A stretch of 63,871 nucleotides of DNA, filler included, from Neolecta irregularis DAH-3 (lineage: Eukaryota): assembly GCA_001929475.1 (NCBI GenBank). It is 13 parts of 13 records of this genome, joined end to end, with 100 filler letters (N's around TTAATTAATTAA, not from the genome) between each part and the next. Parts side by side here need not be neighbours in the genome. Positions count along the whole stretch, not along the records: positions 1 to 4,710 come from LXFE01000899.1; positions 4,811 to 19,281 come from LXFE01000900.1; 11 more parts are not named here. One strand, given 5' to 3'. The first letter of the stretch is position 1; every line of letters starts with the position of its first letter. A program made the translations under genes and the position numbers. A model generated the notes under the pieces. The model saw nothing but the letters and a program-made list of their open reading frames with translations, was not told the DNA's origin and made no database searches. This document shows, piece by piece, positions 1-11,886 of this stretch.

Positions 1-316
1 CCGGCGGGAGAACCGCAACCGCCTGTTCAAGGCGGTGTTGAGCGGCAGCAAAGTCCATTTCGCGCTGATTGCCCGCCTGATCCGCCGACCTGGAGCGGCA
101 GGCACTGCCTGCGACACGTGGCACTGGCTGCATACAGGCACTTCTCCGGGCGGGCAGACAGCCGCCCGGGCAGCAGTTACATATATGCATATATACCAGA
201 CAGTGTATGCCGCAACTAGAGCGGTTGTTTGAATAGAACAAGCACCGGCGCCATCGCGTGCAGGGTGTTGCGCGACAACCTCCTATTATTCCGGCCGTCC
301 AATCCCATTCAGGACG

Positions 317-2145
317 ATGAAAAAGTACGGAAAATTCAAACAGGTGAGCATGGTCTGGGAGGCCATGGCTGACCTCGCAGTGGACTGGCGAAAAGGCACG
401 GGCGACCCTGGCGGTGGGAAACTGACTTGCCACAGCTCGGTTCGCAACAACGCACCTATGAATCTTCAGAGTTTAGAGAGCTGCAGAACGAGATGGCCAT
501 GCGCCAGGCCGGTATTTATCGGGCTCCACTCTGGGTTGACGCATATAGGGATGGACCGCCTCTTCTCCTCCATGCAGATATACATCAAGGTCATAAGTAG
601 AGCCTGTGTGTGGGTTTCACTAATCTCCAAGGCAAAAAGATAGAAGGAGACGACCGGGAGAAGACCCTTCCTGTCGACTCGCTGGGACAGTCCATGATAT
701 GCCACGGAGAAGAATTCGCCCAAGAATCGGCATTCGGACAAACCCTCCTCAAGCTGGGAGTGGCAGAACAGAAAATGTCGCGAATCCAGTCAAATCTCGT
801 CACTCGAACGACAGACTCGACACTGAATCAAATCGAACGGTCGTTGATTCAGATGAAGGATTATCAGGTGAGAGTATTACCTCATCACAAACTCACGAGG
901 TAGACAGCGAAGAAGAAACTAGAAAGTCGAAGATTAGCGTATGATGCTGCCTCGAACAAGACCAAGAATTCGAAGAAAGAAGATGCAAAGCTCGAAGAAG
1001 AACTCCGAACTGCAAAGACGAGATTCGAAGAGACCAGCGAAGATGTCCAGAATCGAATGGACCAGATCCAGGATTCGGAAGTACGCATGTATCTTGACCA
1101 GGTGCTAACAAACTAGTCGGATACTCTCTTCGCACTAACGGATTTCATGGAAGCACAACTTGAATACCATACTCGCTGCCAGTCGATCCTCCAACAACTC
1201 AAAAACGGCTGGGTCGAGTATGGTTACATATATCTGCACTTTACTAATACACAAGAGTCCCAAAGGACCTGGGCCGTGGCAAGACTCGTTCCGTACACCA
1301 AGCATTCACTGGAGCTAGAGACGATGAAGATGACGACGATACTCCTCGACCTGTAATCCACTCAAAGCTGCTCGCACAAGACCCTTCAGATCCTCTCTGC
1401 CTCCAGCAATTAAATATCACTCCTCGAGTTAGTCGGTCTACTAGTGCTCAAAATCCGTCGGCGGATAGCTCTCGACCGCAAAGCAGCTCTGCAGAGCCGC
1501 TCCTGAGAAGGACAGCTACAGAGCCAGTTTTGGCATGTTCTCGACCTTCCGGACCGAAAAAATTTGTCAAGGCGAATTTCGCATTCGATGCTGAAGCTAA
1601 TGAGGAATTAAGTCTTAATGTGGGAGACTTGATTGGCGTTGTTGATGAGGTTGATCCAGGCTGGTGGATTGGAGAAATCGTCGATAATGAAGGAAAACCA
1701 ACAGTTCCTGCAAAACAAGGACTGTACGCATTGCTTTATGTACAGCGATCTAACCTGTAGATTTCCTGCAAATTATTGTACTCCCGTTCCCCAGCCATTT
1801 TACCGTGCAATGCCGAAACTTCCACCTCGAACCGTGAGTGACGTCTTTCGGGATCCAGAATCCGCATCTCCTTCAGCCTCAAGTAAAGACAGTGCATTTG
1901 AATCATCATCGCCTTCAGTGCGGAGAGAATCTCCCGTTCGAACTTCAACTAATACACTCTCTAAACCAGCGGTATCAAAAGCCGTTAAAGCATCGCCCCC
2001 TCCTCCCCCCATTTCCAGAGCTAAAAAGTCGAGTGTACTTGCCACAAGGGTTGACGTTGGGACTTGTGGCGAGTGCGGTTGTAGTGACTACCAAAAAGAC
2101 TTTTTCAAAAAAGGGAGGTGTAATAATTGTTTCCATGAGCATTGA
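317..2145 (+). CDS. BAR-domain + SH3 adaptor protein (endophilin/Mug137-like), multi-exon
   Basis: Spliced N-terminus MKKYGKFKQWTGEKLGSQQRTYESSEF...LGQSMICHGEEF (fungal N-BAR); SH3 KANFAFDAEANEELSLNVGDLI...PGWWIG...FPANY; Pro-rich linker; Cys-rich C-terminus. Confidence 0.85.
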
Positions 2146-2330
2146 TGGGGATGATTTTTCGGGTGTTTTTATTTCGTTTCAAGACCCTGGTGATGGTTTG
2201 CATGGATATGTATGGAGATGCATTAGGCAGCATTTTAGCTGGAAACTAATTATGATATCGGCCGGATCTATTTAAAAGATTCCTGGTACCTAAAACTTTT
2301 GACTCCAACACCTTACTCCGGTTCAAATAA

Positions 2331-3828
2331 TCAAAAGCGAATCTCATAACTTCCCGCCTACTCGTCAATTACACAAAAATCGAGAAGCAAACCCTAGTCA
2401 TATATCTTACCCATTTGACACTATTGTAGTTACTTTTCTCAAAAACCTTGAGATAGCGAACGAGTAAGCCAGAACTAGTCCACATCAAAAGTGAAAAGTT
2501 CATTGATATAGGGGGCCGAGACCATGCTTTTCGATTTGTCATTTGGGTAAGATCGGCTTCTGCAGATAAGACATATTCCGATTGCCCCGTAAACTTTGTG
2601 ATCCTATCGTTAGTTTCGTCTGAAAGAAGTCGTACTTCCAAACCATATGATTTCCCGAAGGTTCGTATTTCGCTTTTCCTTGAGATGTCCGTATATTGAT
2701 ATTGGCTGTATTTAATGGGGTGGGTATCGTTACAACAACGTTATTAGCGCTTAACTTTGCAGGAAAATTTGCTCTTATGGCGATTTGATATTCTACTTTA
2801 GACTTTCCTAGTTCCTCAACTATAGGATGAACCTTGAACGGTAAAGTAACGTTGTCGGTAGCTCGATATCTATGATGTCAACCCCATCAAAGGGAATCAA
2901 TACTTCATTAATTCGAATTCACCATCCGAGGGAATGAAACTGATCACTCGGTCTGCATCGAACTTTCCTAATTTCACACATTGGTGGAATTGACAGTCTT
3001 CAAGGGTAACAGAACCTGCCGCAGCGTTTCCACCTTTTTTAGGATTGGAGGTATCTGTGTCAAAGAGGAGTCTGTCATTTAGACCAAATTTGCACTCTGG
3101 GGTCCCAGAAAGGTATGCTTTCATCATTATTGATCCAGAAACGTCTGTACGAAGAACGACTCCTTCAGAAATTAGTACGAGAAATTCAACCAAGATACCG
3201 GTTGTACTCATAAGTAGGTTAATATCTTCAATGACGTCGACAAAGGCTTCATTTTTGCGATACTTTATGTCTGTTCGACGCCAAGATATAGCTCCCGTTG
3301 CTTGCATTGTTATTGATTGGCCTTTTTCCTGAAAGTAAGACAACATTGGAGATGGAATATTTGCAATTGCCCGTTCGGTTTTTACACCTTCGGTTGTGAT
3401 GTACATCTTTAGTGTGTCTGCTTCACTTGTCTGTGGATATCCAAAGTCCAGAATCTCTATTCTGTTTAATTGAGTTCAGGAGACTCCACACCATCGAATA
3501 ATTCATAGACCATCACAAAGTTATCTTTAACGGCACTTTCATTGAACTTTCCAAAGTAGTTTCGACCGAGGCTGATCACCTTATACAAGAATTCAAACAC
3601 CAAAGCTGCATTGATGTTTTGCTTAGACACCGCAACAAGGTGGAGATTTTCATGGCGTAGATGAAAGAACGTTATAGAGCCGAGTGTAATTACCGGGGAT
3701 CGAACGTCTGGATTTGAGAGGACTTGAATTCGGAATAAATCGCCGACCGTTCTACGGATGTCCTGTCGGTAGATTCGGGAAATCAAGACTTCGCCTTTCT
3801 GGTTGAATATTAAAACCGAAGAGATCAT
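2331..3828 (-). CDS. APM4: AP-2 adaptor complex mu subunit, 6 exons
   Basis: MISSVLIFNQKGEVLISR, YELFDEILDFGYPQ, ISWRRTDIKYRKNEAFVDV, YLSGTPECKFGLND, SVKWVRYMTRAGSYEIRF*; five short introns traced. Confidence 0.95.
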
Positions 3829-4093
3829 GCTAGGCGAGTGGCGAATTTGCTTATTATAACTTGAATTGCTTCAGAACAAGAACATAGATCTCCTCAGGTC
3901 AAGTGTAATTGAATAGGAGATGGATTGTTCAATTGAAGGTTTGTGATTGAACGGTCGTCTAGTTGTACCGCAACTATTATACTTCATTTCCATCCCGGAA
4001 ATCCACTACCCAGAATACTCGGACGATAATAAAATAAAATCCGTGTGTAAGAAATAAATTCAGAATGAGAATAATGGTATATCTTGATTTTCA

Positions 4094-4233
4094 GATACTC
4101 TCTTCTCACTAACGGATTTCATTGAAGCAAAACTTGAGTACCATACTCGCTGCCAGTCAATCCTCCAACAACTCAAAAGCGGCTGGGTCGAGTATGGTTA
4201 CACATATCTGCACTATACTAATACACAAGAGTC
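4094..4233 (+). pseudogene. Duplicated exon+intron fragment of the BAR gene (copy of 1120-1259)
   Basis: About 140 bp near-identical to 1120-1259 with scattered substitutions, including the intron. Confidence 0.9.
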
Positions 4234-4454
4234 TTTTGAATATTAATAGAGACCGCATATCCATTTGATGACCAAATACGCCTCACAGAATAAGACCATC
4301 AAACTCAAAATGATGCCAAGCATATCGCAAAATATGCGATATTATCGAGTTTAGAACTTTTATCATCAGAAATCACCATCCGCCATTACTTTATCAAGCC
4401 AAATAGTTGCGATCACAAAACGACAACTCTCTCTCAAGCTTCAGGATCGATTCC

Positions 4455-4590
4455 ATCTCATCACTAACTTTCTCACCTCTTATTGTCGCCACTTTATTTG
4501 TGAATCTGCCGCAAACCTCTTCCGGCATACTTGCCCGGGTTGGAGTTATTTTTATCATGCTACTTTTCAACTGTTTCCAAGCATTCAGAA
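4455..4590 (+). pseudogene. Fragment of a PDR/ABCG transporter membrane domain
   Basis: LIVATLFVNLPQTSSGILARVGVIFIMLLFNCFQAF resembles the ABC2_membrane segment of fungal PDR transporters; no flanking exons. Confidence 0.65.
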
Positions 4591-4647
4591 CTTCCAGGCG
4601 TTATCGGGGAAGAAGCTTTGACGCGATTCTAATTGTAATAGGGTCAG

Positions 4648-4710
4648 TGTAACGTGTTGAGCTCTTGTGTACAAATAAGACTAGGTTATATTCCTTAATC
4701 TAAGCTTGTA
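4648..4710 (-). mobile_element. LTR-like 3' end, truncated by assembly gap
   Basis: Reverse complement ...ctagtcttatt...gagctcaacacgttaca resembles 41531-41565 (ctggtcttatt...gagcttcaacacttaca); ends in TACA. Confidence 0.5.
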
Positions 4711-4810
4711 NNNNNNNNNNNNNNNNNNNNNNNNNNNNNNNNNNNNNNNNNNNNTTAATTAATTAANNNNNNNNNNNNNNNNNNNNNNNNNNNNNNNNNN
4801 NNNNNNNNNN
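4711..4810. other. Artificial contig spacer (N44-TTAATTAATTAA-N44); also at 19282, 29789, 31937, 33896, 45255, 46694, 50714, 54723, 56688, 58723, 62731
   Basis: Identical 100-nt spacer with six-frame stop linker at every gap. Confidence 0.98.
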
Positions 4811-6735
4811 TGCGCCCCGCCCGCGCCTCGCCAGACCCTTCTCAGCTTCTCCCCGCCGGCCCGCCGCCCTCAAATTTGACCCCTCGTCATTTCCCCGCGA
4901 AAGCGACAACGTCGATGTATGCATCGTCGGCGGCGGGCCAGCTGGTCTATCAGCGGCAATTCGCCTCAAACAACTTGCTTCGGCAGCAAACCGTGAAACC
5001 AGAGTCGTTCTGCTCGAGAAAGGATCAGAGATAGGTACTCTTCTGCCCGCAGCGCCACACACATATACTAGGCGCCCATATACTCTCCGGGGCAGTCATC
5101 GAACCAACCGCCCTGAACGAATTGATACCAGATTGGAAATCCTGCAAAAACCCTCAAAGTCCATCAACTCCCGCCACAAAAGATCGCATGCGCTTTTTGA
5201 CTTCAAAATTTTCAATCCCCATTCCTGTGCCCCCTCAGATGCATAATAAGGGAAACTATATCATGTCCTTAAATAACCTTACCAAATGGCTCTCTGAGAA
5301 AGCAGAAGCACTCGGCGTCGAGATTTACCCCGGATTTTCAGCTTCCGAAGTCTTATACCACTCAAATGGAAGCGTAAAGGGCATCGCCACCGCCGACTCT
5401 GGAATCTCAAAACAGGGAGAACAAAAAGACGGATATGAACGTGGAATGGAATTTCACTCGAGAATAACGCTATTTGCAGAAGGTTGTCACGGATCGCTTT
5501 CCAAGAAACTTATTTCGAAATTTGATTTGCGGAAACAATCAGATCCTCAAACTTATGGAATCGGCCTAAAGGAAGTTTGGGAAATTGACCCAGCACGGTT
5601 TCGAGATGGCGAAATTACACATACTCTTGGATGGCCATTGAGTAAAGATACTTATGGTGGTGGCTGGATGTATCATTTCGGTGAGAATCTGGTAAGCTTG
5701 GGACTCGTGGTAGGTTTGGATTATCCAAATCCCTGGCTGAATCCGTACCTTGAATTCCAGGCAATTCTTTTCTAAAAAGTCATGGCCAATTGAATAGAGA
5801 ATGAAACATCATCCTTTGTACTCGCAGGTATTGAAAGGTGGGAAATGCATTTCATATGGCGCTAGAGCACTGAATGAAGGGGGATATCAGGTAATTTATC
5901 CTCCGTCCCTGTACTTACAATAGTCAATACCGAAACTCACATTTCCCGGCGGAGCATTAATCGGAGATACGGCCGGCTTTCTCAACGTACCCAAAATCAA
6001 AGGAACACATACAGCGATGAAATCCGGAATGCTAGCTGCGGAAGCTGCTTTTGATGCCTTGGAATCCGATTCATCCGGTCCTATACAACTATTCTCCTAT
6101 GAGGAAAGCCTCAAAAATTCATGGGTCTACAAGGAACTATACCAAGTGCGAAATCTCCGTCCGTCATTTCACAATCCCCTCGGCATATACGGGGGTATAC
6201 TTTATAGCGGTCTCGACGCATTCCTACTGAAAGGAAGAACCCCCTGGACATTCCATCACCCCTCAACAGACGCCGACGCAACGAAACCAGCCGCTGCTTT
6301 CCCGAAACCTGAACCGTTTAAACCAGATGGAGTTACAAGTTTCGATTTATTAACAAACGTGTCGAGAACAGGGACAAATCATGAAGAAGATCAACCTTCA
6401 CATTTGCAAGTTGACGATTGGCAAGCACACACACGAGCATCGTATCCCAAATACCAAGGTATCGAGACTCGGTTTTGTCCTGGTATATCGAGATTGAGAA
6501 AAATAAAATTTGACTAGTAGCGGGTGTATATGAGTACCTTGATGATGAAACCAGTGAAACAGGAAAAAAGTTCAATATCAATGCTCAGAACTGTATTCAT
6601 TGCAAGGTATGCTAAAAGATCCACTGCCGGTGTCGTTATAACTAATTGTAGACTTGTGATATTAAAGTTCCTACTCAAGATATCAACTGGCAGGTCCCTG
6701 CAAACGGTGGTGGTCCAAAATACATTTTAACTTGA
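4811..6735 (+). CDS. CIR2: Electron-transfer flavoprotein:ubiquinone oxidoreductase, 5' end lost in gap
   Basis: [19 protein letters not shown] motif, [40 protein letters not shown]...NCIHCKTCDIK Fe-S motif. Confidence 0.97.
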
Positions 6736-6965
6736 CTACCATTTTAAACCAAAACACTTGTAAATATAAATCTCTATTTGAAGTCACTAGTATTGTAACT
6801 AATTTGAAACACAGCTGATCTGAAAAACACCAGGGCATAAAATACAGTAAAGTGTCACACGGAGAAACATATATGCAAGTAACTAGAGTCTTTTTGGAAA
6901 GATACAAGTTGATTCAGGATAATTGATAGGCATGCACGCAACTAAAAATACCACACCAAACACCA

Positions 6966-7620
6966 ATGTCTAACGCTCTCAATTTTGCACCATATCAAGA
7001 TGATCCGCAGGAATCCAGAGGAAACTCGATCGTACCGCCTAGTCCAAATTTTCTCGAGAACCAGGGTGAGCGTATAAATAGTTTTGATACGAGTTTGCCT
7101 TTGAGATTAGATGTGGAAGGTTATTTTCCCCGACCCCCCCTTACCTCGTCCACGATTAACAGATACAGCTCTTCTCGCATATTTGTTCCCTCCCGGTATG
7201 ATTTTATGAAGGAAGCGTCTTGTTGAGATCTAGTTACTGGTGTGCTGTTATTGGTGTTTGAGCGTAAGAATGATTATGTGCGATTTCATGGCTGGCAGGT
7301 ATATTCCCAGCCCGTCCATTTAATATGCTAACTATTTTTTCCAGTCGGCTTTAGTGTTTTCCTGTCTTCTCGTATCTCTTAACTCAAGAATTATCCCATT
7401 AATAAGTTCAGGTCTTTCATCTAATTTTTTCCTTTTCGGCTTTCTTGTCTTGGGTTTTGTTTGTTGGCGATATCATGCTAATCGTATTCCTTGGGTCTCC
7501 TTTACAAGTATTCATGACTGATGTTGTAGATTTCACGCATATACTGATGCGCCCACATTAAACAGGTTTGAAGTTCCGTATATGGGACAACTAGCGAATG
7601 AATGGAACGATTATTTTTAA
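6966..7620 (+). CDS. Small conserved membrane protein (UPF0132/DUF4870-like), multi-exon
   Basis: FAPYQD N-terminus; GVLLLVFERKNDYVRFHGWQSAL; FHAYTDAPTLNRFEVPYMGQLA. Confidence 0.75.
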
Positions 7621-7631
7621 TCATATTTTAT

Positions 7632-8499
7632 TTATCTTCCGTACCTTTGTTTCGCAATCTCCTTGAACATCTTCATAGTTTCCTCCTCCTTCGTCAATAA
7701 TTCTTTCTTACGCACGCTTTTTTCCATTTCCCTTTCTCGCAAGCGATCTTCTTTCATTTCCTCTCGTTGTGCCGCCGCATTTTTCGAGATTGCAAGCTTA
7801 GCTTTAAAGTCATCGTCCCCGTATATATCTGATTCCTTGAGCTCCACGCCATCAGGTGACTTTTCCCTAAAAGATTTGAGCTTTTGATTTAATTCGCGCT
7901 TTTTCTCAAGTTGCCGTTCACGAGTTCCTGGTTCGGCTTTTGGAGCAAGTTCTTCCAATCTGTCTTTCTGAATACGACGGTCGCGTTTACGGGCAAGTTG
8001 GGCTTCTTGTTCCTCGTAGAGATGCAATTCCTGTTGTCGCTCTCCTTGTCAGCCGATTGATAGCTTTCATTTTACCTTTTTGAAGCTGGTTATCCTGTTG
8101 GGTTGGCATTGAAGGGCCGACGGTATATGAATTCCTTCGTATAAGGTTGGCTTTAGGTGGCATTTCGCTTGGGTACATTTCATAATATCGCTTTTCAACT
8201 AGTCCCTGATTCCTACGAGATCAGTGTTATAGCATACAATGTATAGCAGCACACCATTTCCTTACAAATCGCTTAAAATGACTGTAGGCTTCATCGTGAC
8301 CAAGTTCGTCAATGTTCATTTTCTTGTATCTGTCCAGATAAACAGCGAATAGCTTGTGCAGTTTGTCGAAATCATGTTTGGAGATATCTGGAACTTGTGA
8401 CGATTTTCTACGTGGGGAAGGAGACCGATTATGATGTTGATGACGTTTAGGTGATCGGGAACGGCGGTGAGGATGCCGAGGGAGGTTGGCAGAAGACAT
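7632..8499 (-). CDS. Conserved RS-rich nuclear protein (SCI1-like)
   Basis: RS/RH-rich N-terminus, FAVYLD...EAYSHFKRFVRKW, LEELAPKAEPGTRERQLEKKR coiled coil; one intron. Confidence 0.65.
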
Positions 8500-8596
8500 G
8501 ACCGAACGATGACATCGAACCAACTTGCATCCTATCAACATCTAATCTATTGGAAATTTGTACACCCATTTAAATACCATTGCAAAATACTCAAGA

Positions 8597-9837
8597 TCAC
8601 CATGCTTCGACACAACCAAGTAAATCCAAAATACCCATTCTCCTGTTTGGATTCACTTCCATCGTACCCCTGAGAACTTTGCGAAAATCTTCGTATACCG
8701 CCAGATCTTTCAACGCATCTGGTACAGCAACAATACGACTTGAGTCACCATTCTGGAGATATGAATTTCGAAATTCAATCGATCTTATCAGACTTAAATT
8801 TGCATCCTGATCCGTAACTAACACACGGAGAAGACACCCTAGAGCCCAGATATCTGCTGCGAATGCATCGTGATAGGGCAAATCTGACAAGTCGAGGCCA
8901 AGAGCCATCCTGCGGAAATATTCCCACAATTCTGGAGGAGCGTACCAGTCCGTCCCGTATAAAATTGTTTGGGGCGCTTGTTCTGAACCCATGTTTTGTT
9001 TCGAGAATCCAAAATCTGTCAACTTGGCAGTAAGACAAGACCCATCGCATTGAGACCGCATATGTTTTGCGTGTTGCACCTCATCTTTGAAAAGGAGGAT
9101 GTTTTCTGGCTTCAGATCAAGATGAGCGAAGCCTCGTCTATGCATTTCGAATACACCTCGAACAATTTGTTTGAAGATTTGCTTGCCGATTCTCTTTGAT
9201 ACCAGGAGGGCTCCACTCTTCCTGCGCTCGACGCCATCCCGATATCCATCGTCCTCTGTGGTTTCGTAAATGAAACTGATCAAATCACCAAAGTTGGCCA
9301 GGTCCGTGATGAGATATCGATATCCTTTTGAGGCTGTCTTGAGGCGACGATGCACCTGAATATTCTTGCAGCCAGCAAAGTTTTGAGAGACGTTGTAATC
9401 ATTGCGTAGATCAGTCACGTATGTCGTACATAAACTCTGCTCCTTCCCTGTTGTACACGACTTTGGTCCACGGACAATTTTGAGAGCAAATTGACCAATC
9501 TTGATCACAATAGCAGAAGAGCCGTAATTGACAACTCGATCAAATGGAGTTTGTTGTAACCAAGGGTCTTTTCTGATTATTTTAGTGAAGTTTTTGATTG
9601 CTTGTGGAATATCTGCGAAAAACCTGCAGTTTTGTTGAATCATTTCGTATGCAGAATTGATGATCGGTTCGAGATGGACATATTTCTCATTTCCAGTAAT
9701 GACGTTCTATTCCTTAGTACTTAGCAATTGAAATGCCATACCTGCGGAAGATATTTGACACGGAACTTTTGCAAATAAGGTACAGTTATCCCTTGCACAC
9801 GTTCGCCTTTATCACGCTTACAACACGCTTTGGACAT
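8597..9837 (-). CDS. Divergent Ser/Thr protein kinase, 2 exons
   Basis: FALK, HLDLKPEN, DFG, YAPPE, DIWALG; first exon MSKACCKR...LPQ joined by gtatgg...atag intron. Confidence 0.85.
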
Positions 9838-10274
9838 GTTGATCAATGCTTTGTAGTGATGGAAGTGTCGAGGCTGAGTGACTTTAGGTTGGCTTAAGTA
9901 GGCAGGATATTGCAGGCAATCATGGGCATTTACTGGTATCAGGTCTATGACGTATTCACTTCATTCTCCAGCGTGTGGAAGAGCTATGAACGTAGCTGAA
10001 ACTTTTGTGAACTCATACGCTAACCAGAAGGGTGCCCAGTTGCCTGCACGTACATTCCAGCACCCATGGCAGTCAAGTATGGCTCGGTAGTACTATTATA
10101 CATACATGCTCAAAATTTGGTCTATTGGAGCGTAAGCACATACTCGGCTTCAATGTTGAAATGACATCGGAAGAAGAAATGGGCAATTTACAAGGTTATC
10201 GACTCTATATACTTGCTAACAGATCCAAATGGTATTGCCAAGCAAGTCATTTGGAGTATTATATGAATGGTTTT

Positions 10275-11670
10275 TTAGATTCCCCGACCCCCAGTTACCT
10301 GCATATAGTGAATATGAGAATATTAAAAAGAAGGTTACCTCAAGAGTATGTCCGCTGATGTAACTTGCAAATGGAGAAGCCAGTAAAAGTATACCTCCGG
10401 CAGCATCAGTAACAGAACCTGATCTTCGAAGAGGTATGTCTTCAAGTCCTTGGACTGCACCACCGATAGCTTGTCCCGGAATTCCTAGTTTCACTTCTTG
10501 GTCACCAACCTTGATTGACTCGCCGGCCTCTTTGGCTCTCGTGAGGCCTAGCGTAAGTATGAATCAACAAAAATGCACACGAGTATCAATATATCCATAC
10601 GCCACAGTATTGGCTCTAACCCCGAATAAAGGACCCCACTCTTTGGCAATAGTTTTGGTCAAACCGACAACTGCAAGTAAACGATTGGACGCCAGTTTGG
10701 GAAACATACCCCCCATCTTTGCAGTTGCATAGTTGGCTTGGCCAGCGTTTCCATGGAGGCCACTCGTNNNNNNNNNNATTTGGTCAAACCGACAACTGCA
10801 AGTAAACGATTGGACGCCAGTTTGGAAAACATACCCCCCATCTTTGCAGTTGCATAGTTGGCTTGGCCAGCGTTTCCATGGAGGCCACTCGTGCTACTAA
10901 CGTTGATGATCACCTTGTTCTGCTCGTTTTTCTGGCGAAAATATTTCGCAGCAGATCGAACAACACGGAAAGGCGCTGTATTATGAACTGTTAACATAGT
11001 CTAAATGATTAATAAAAGGTGGAAAAAAAGAAGTCAAGGTACCTCCCATTGTTTGTCAGTCATTTTGTGGAGTACACTTTTGATTAGATATTGAACAGGA
11101 TAAGCGTACAGTACCCATCGTAAGTGAACCCTGTTGCGGTAAGCAAACAATTTTGTTAGAAAAGTTCCATACCTGCATTGTTTACGATAATGTTCAATCC
11201 TGAAAATCTTAGCAAGTAGTCCCCAAAAATCTTATGAAGATACCACCAAATTTTCGAACAGTCTCTTCAACCAGTTGCTCAGGAAACTTGGGGTCCATTA
11301 TATCTCCAGGTATCGAAATAGCCTTTCCACCTGCAGAGATAATCTCCTGCATAACAGCTTCAGCCTTTTCTAGATGATTAGACGAAAAGTCTGTCTGGAC
11401 AGCAATCATACTTGCATCAATGTCTGTCACTGTGACACTCGCTCCTTCCTGATGTTTCAGTCATCAATTCTGGCTTAGGAGCATACGTTTGCAAAAAGCC
11501 TAGCAGTTTCGGCCCCAATCCCTTTTTCATTAGGTATCCTGAGAAATTATATTTAAACCTTGGCCTGACCCTGTAACTATTGCGACCTGCCCTGCAAGCA
11601 TGCCATAAGGATATGTTGCTGAAGAAGCAGACGATAAATGTTTAGAAACTTGTTCTAGCCGTGCAGCCAT
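10275..11670 (-). CDS. Short-chain dehydrogenase/3-oxoacyl reductase-like with PTS2, many micro-exons
   Basis: AIVTGSGQGIG, NNAG, NVSSTSGLHGNAGQANYATAK (YxxxK), ISGHTLEVTGGRGI*; N-terminal RLEQVSKHL. Confidence 0.9.
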
Positions 11671-11886
11671 ATTTATTGTGGCAAGTTTATTCTGCTGAGG
11701 TTGTCTAATATGCGGGGAAAGTCACGATATTTCTGTGAGAACCAATCAGAGGTCAATTGCAGAATCCCAAATTGACATTCAGATAATCAGGGGGAAAATA
11801 GCAAAAAGAAACAAAGATAGAGAAATTTCCTATACAAAAATTCGAATACATTACACAATACATCTCACAAACTAAAGAACCTTTAG

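Noticed and set aside
4711-4810. Recurring palindromic TTAATTAATTAA motif inside N runs (12 copies)
   Set aside because: Artificial six-frame-stop scaffold linker; ORFs ending in ...LIN are artefacts, and adjacency across these gaps is not guaranteed
10654-10892. About 113-bp direct duplication in the SDR gene around a 10-N gap
   Set aside because: Near-identical copies flanking a gap are the typical unmerged contig overlap, not a real exon duplication
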